This document shows positions 60,111 to 64,000 of a stretch of DNA of 64,000 bases, piece after piece. The notes beneath the pieces are model-generated. The model made no database searches, had not been told where the DNA came from, and worked only from the letters and a program-made list of their open reading frames with translations. The position numbers and the translations under genes are program-made. How positions within the stretch are numbered: the stretch's first letter is position 1; every line of letters begins with the position of its first letter. The stretch covers positions 429,557-493,556 of the forward strand of contig MU006093.1 in the NCBI GenBank assembly GCA_010093705.1. The letters are read 5' to 3'. Source of the stretch: Patellaria atrata CBS 101060. Taxonomy: Eukaryota.

Positions 60111-61593
60111 ATGCGGTCATCGGTCGTTGTCGCTTTCACCTCCCTAGTACCATTGGCATTTGCGCAATGCTATTGGCCGAATGGAGTAGAGTCGGATACA
60201 GATGCGCCTTGTGGAGAAGGAGATGCTGCTGTTTGCTGCCCTTTGCAATGGGAATGCCTGTCGAATGGACTTTGCCATTATCCAAACGCAGACTATCTCG
60301 GACGATATACCTGCACGGATAGAAGTTGGGATTCAGACAATTGCCCTAAGATCTGTCTAGACGGTAAGTAACGTTCTTATATCTCCATGCTTTGGGATTA
60401 TATCATATTCCAAGAGCATTATCAATGAAAATCAGCGTGTTTAATGGCCCATAAAATAAGGTCGAAATTAACAGTTCAACTAGATAATACGAGTACCAAC
60501 GGCACAGATAGTGGGAACGAAGCTGTAAGTTTATGCAGCAATGGGCAATACTGTTGCAACGGTAATCGGTCAGGGAACGTTCGTATAACCTTCCCTTCTC
60601 CTGAATTATTCGCTCACTAACTGCACTTAGTGCTGCGATGATGACGCAGACTTCTTCGACCTGGATGAAGGATCCGTCACTGCATACATTAGTTCCCTGG
60701 GTGGCCCAAATGGAGCCGGTCCGACTTCTAGCGGAGATAGCCAATCCACAATTCCAAGCGCAACACCAACTTCGTCCGATTCACCATCTTCTTCTGGCTC
60801 ACCACCTTCATCGAACGGTCAATCAACGACACGACCAGGAGCTTCCTCCGGACCCAATGAAACCGCAAGTGCCCAGGCTAGTGAAACTGTACTCACGACT
60901 AGATCCACGCTCGTTACCTCAGTGTCCACAAACTCAGCAGGTGGAATCACTACGGTCGTGAGGACAGATATTGTCACAGCTACTGCAGGTGCCTCTTCTT
61001 CAGGATCGTCTTCTTCGGACAGTGGCAGTTCTAATACAGGCGCAATTGCGGGTGGTGTTGTAGGAGGTGTAGCCGCTATTGCAATTCTTGCGCTCTTACT
61101 CTGGTGGTTCCTGAGAAGGAGGAAGAGAAGAGATGGTGCATTCGCTCGACCAACATCTGGTGCCCTACCCGATAGGGAATATATCCCACCCACAGACGGT
61201 GAAAAGCGGATCTCAGAACTCTCCGGTTCCCCGGTCACTCCCGTAACAGCTTCCGCAGTTAAGCCAGGTTCGACAGCTAAACCGGGTTCCAGTGAAGGGT
61301 ATAGAGGATGGGGAAACCCAGTAAGTGTTTTTAGCAGAAGACTAGTGACGATTTCGCGAATTTCAACTAATCATGTATAGGCGCCTCAACCCCAAATGCG
61401 AGACTTCAGCGCTGTCAACCCGCATCAGCAGGCTTATACGGCATACCATCCACCAGCCGCAGAGTTAGATAGCACAGAGGTCGCTCCTCCCGCAGAGCTA
61501 TCATCCAACCCTTCTCCCCCGACCCATCCCCCACCGGTGAAATGGGCACAGGGGCATGGAGACGCGGCAACAGGTCGCGTAAATAGCAATTGA
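60111..61593 (+). CDS. Type I cell-surface protein (Mid2/mucin-like): Cys-rich ectodomain, S/T stalk, TM, cytosolic tail
   Basis: MRSSVVVAFTSLVPLAFA/QCYWPNG..CCP..CLSNGLC..CTDRSWDSDNCPKIC, YCCNG..CC, GAIAGGVVGGVAAIAILALLLWWFLRRRKR, AELDS/AELSS tail. Three in-frame introns. Confidence 0.85.
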
Positions 61594-61695
61594 TTCTTTT
61601 AATGGAAGTTTAGGCGTTTCTCGTCCGAAAGCGATGAATGTGACGATACCGGTACATAGGCGTACTATACTTATTTAATCTAATCTTTTCTTGTA

Positions 61696-62827
61696 ACGTG
61701 TTTTACCACTCAAGTGGCCACCCCACTCAAGTGGCCACCCTATCAACATCAACACGCATCTTCGTACGAAAACAGAAATGGCAACATAGCAAGAACCTAC
61801 CGCTTCTCAAAAAGATGGTAGATTACTTCTTGCTCTACAAGCTCTTCAATCTAATTCAATTTTAAGCGTACGACAGGCTGCAAAAGTCTATAATATTCCT
61901 AAATCAAAAATTCAGAAGCGACTTCAAGGAGCAGCACCAAAACGCGAAGTAAACCAACAAAAACAAAAGATCTCCTCGTACGAAGAGAAAGCTCTTGTAG
62001 ATTGGATGCTTAGCCTAGATCGACGAGGCTTTCCCCCCCAGATTATTGATGTACGAAGAATGGTAAACACTTTACTTGCTGAACGCGGTCAGAATCCACC
62101 ACCAGAGCCTATTGGCAAGAACTGGGTTTCACGCTTTATCGTACGACAACCTGAGCCAAAAACACAATGGAATCGAAAGTTCTACTTATAACGCGCCAAA
62201 TGTGAGGACTCTTGTACGATAAACGCGTGGTTTCAACGCGTTCAAGAGACGCATCTCTCGTACGGCATCAACGATGAAGATATCTACAACTTTGATGAGA
62301 CAGGCTTCCAAATGGGTATCAGAAACGCCTCATAACGTCACTGAGCTTAAGAAGCAGACAAAGCTCGTGCGAGAGCTACTTCAGCGATCCTCACAGAGCC
62401 CTGTTAATCAAGCTGTGACTCAAATTATCAAGGGCTGTCATATGGCAATGCATCAGGCAGTTCTCCTTACAAAGGAAGTTCAGGAGCTTCGTACGGCGAA
62501 TGCGCGACGAGAACGAAAGAAGCAGCATCGTAGACGTTATATCTCGTATGAGACTACTCTTCAGGCTCAGCAAGGGCAGTTTCTTCTTAATAGAGCAGAA
62601 AATAGAGGGCAAGAGGCTGGTCAAACTGGTGAAGCCATTGTACGACAACGCGCGCCGCCAACGTGCAGTAAATGTGGGATTCAAGGTCATACTGCTCGTA
62701 CATGCTCAAATACATAAAGAATTAGCTAAATAAATTTTTAAATAAAATAATATTTATTTTGGTTAGGTTTTCGTACAAAGATGCGTGTTGATGTTGATAG
62801 GGTGGCCACTTGAGTGGTGAAACACGT
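61696..62827 (+). mobile_element. Non-autonomous, internally deleted Tc1/mariner (pogo/Fot1-type) DNA transposon
   Basis: About 60-bp TIRs (ACGTGTTTyACCACTCAAGTGGCCACCC..GTACGAAAAC) and a TA duplication at 61694-95 and 62828-29. Transposase from ATG 61778 with HTH-psq/CENP-B HTH, IGKNWVSRF, YNFDETGF, then a jump to the C-terminal CSKCGIQGHTARTC knuckle. Premature TAG and TAA. Confidence 0.95.
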
Positions 62828-64000
62828 TATATCGGATTAGGGAATACGCCATAGATTTGGACTTCTTCGAGTGACACTTTTTGAGGGAATTGGATACCGA
62901 AATAATGGGTTTCCTGATTTGTGCTACAGAAGTAGTAATTTCTTCTATTTGTACAGTAACTCATCGTGTGTTTCGCATGTGAACATCACGAATGATCCGA
63001 TACTATAGTACGTACGAATGAATCTTTTACCATTCCGGCGATCAGAAAATGCTCGACAACAGCGATAGGCGCGGTCAACCATCTCAGCACAAAATGCGAC
63101 CTAGTGCAGTATTCCCAGAAAATCATCGCTTGTCTGGATACCTTAGCCTAACATCTCCATCAACGCGTTTCCATGCCACGGGATCCATGCACTGGGGAAT
63201 TGCTCAATTCAGCAGTCACGGTGCTAAGCGCCGCTTCCGCGTGCGGCAGAGCTCGATGTTAGGGTAAGCGCGATGTTGGATTTGGACGTGCTAATATACT
63301 TCCAACCTGAGGTGGATCTCAAGAGCGCGCGTTCTTTTCATGGAGCAAATTTGTGGGAATATCTCTTGCGTCTGATGCTTAAGTTTGTGACCCGATGAGG
63401 GTTCGGTAGGGCATCGTGCTTCCTTCTTCTCTACTCGCACCGTAGCCACGAGGTCCTAGAGAGCTGAGGGGGGACATTTGTCTTGGTATGTCGTTTGACG
63501 AGGACGTGTGTATATGCATGAAACGGGTTGAATTGTGTCATTTTCGCATTCGTGATACATAAGATATGGGATTGCTTCTGCAAGGTCTCAGCCGGGTGAT
63601 ATCACAGCTCTCCTCATTCAAATGATCCTACAACCTGACACATATAGCGGTATCTAGTCATCAACATCGAAATCATGAACGTGAGTCAAGCAGACCGACT
63701 GTCCGCCTGTGAAAATATCCTAGAAGTTTTATATATACCTCGCTCCTTACCAATCAATCCGCCTTCAGGTTCAATAACGCAGGAGTGCGGTTCGGGCATT
63801 GCAGTCTTTGGAGATAGTCTATTCGTTTCGGGCCTATAGGATCCCCCATGCGCTATTGGGTGTGCCGGGGGGGAACAAATACACCCCGTCGTTTCCAAAA
63901 CCTTATTTCGTTGGAAGTTGTGCTCGTGCTTGATAGCGAGAGGTGTATTTAGGGATTGGGTATGATGATAATCATTGCGTTGGTGTGGTGGTGAGGTTCG

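Noticed and set aside
62830..64000. Short ORFs at the right end of the window
   Set aside because: No recognisable product; probably promoter or intergenic DNA of a gene outside the window.

Overview
Eukaryotic, intron-rich DNA from a filamentous ascomycete (Pezizomycotina): short GT-AG introns with CTAAC/CTGAC branch points, fungal housekeeping genes, a HET gene and a RIP-marked transposon. I reconstructed by hand 24 spliced or intronless genes. Core genes: serine racemase/SRY1-like, MRC1, SPB4, DGK1, ALG13, MRPL20, DUG1, SPO73/Mug65, CDT1-like, MIM2, SUI3/eIF2-beta, AIM24-family, RSM24, GPI8, a sugar porter, a Kv-beta-type aldo-keto reductase, a DUF427 protein and a thiolase-like protein. 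There are also three probable pseudogenes, an internally deleted Fot1/pogo DNA transposon with TIRs and a TA target duplication, a (TTC)n microsatellite and a 146-N assembly gap. No rRNA, tRNA or CRISPR was recognised. Most interesting: (1) a HET-6-like cell-death protein with an in-frame N-terminal array of nine x-K-D-Q-(S/C)-G hexapeptides; (2) a putative membrane-anchored zinc-finger regulator with about eight 17-aa GLFG-like repeats; (3) a GTAC-biased mutational signature in TE and pseudogene DNA; (4) a cryptic presequence on DUG1. All family assignments come from motif recognition, not database searches.
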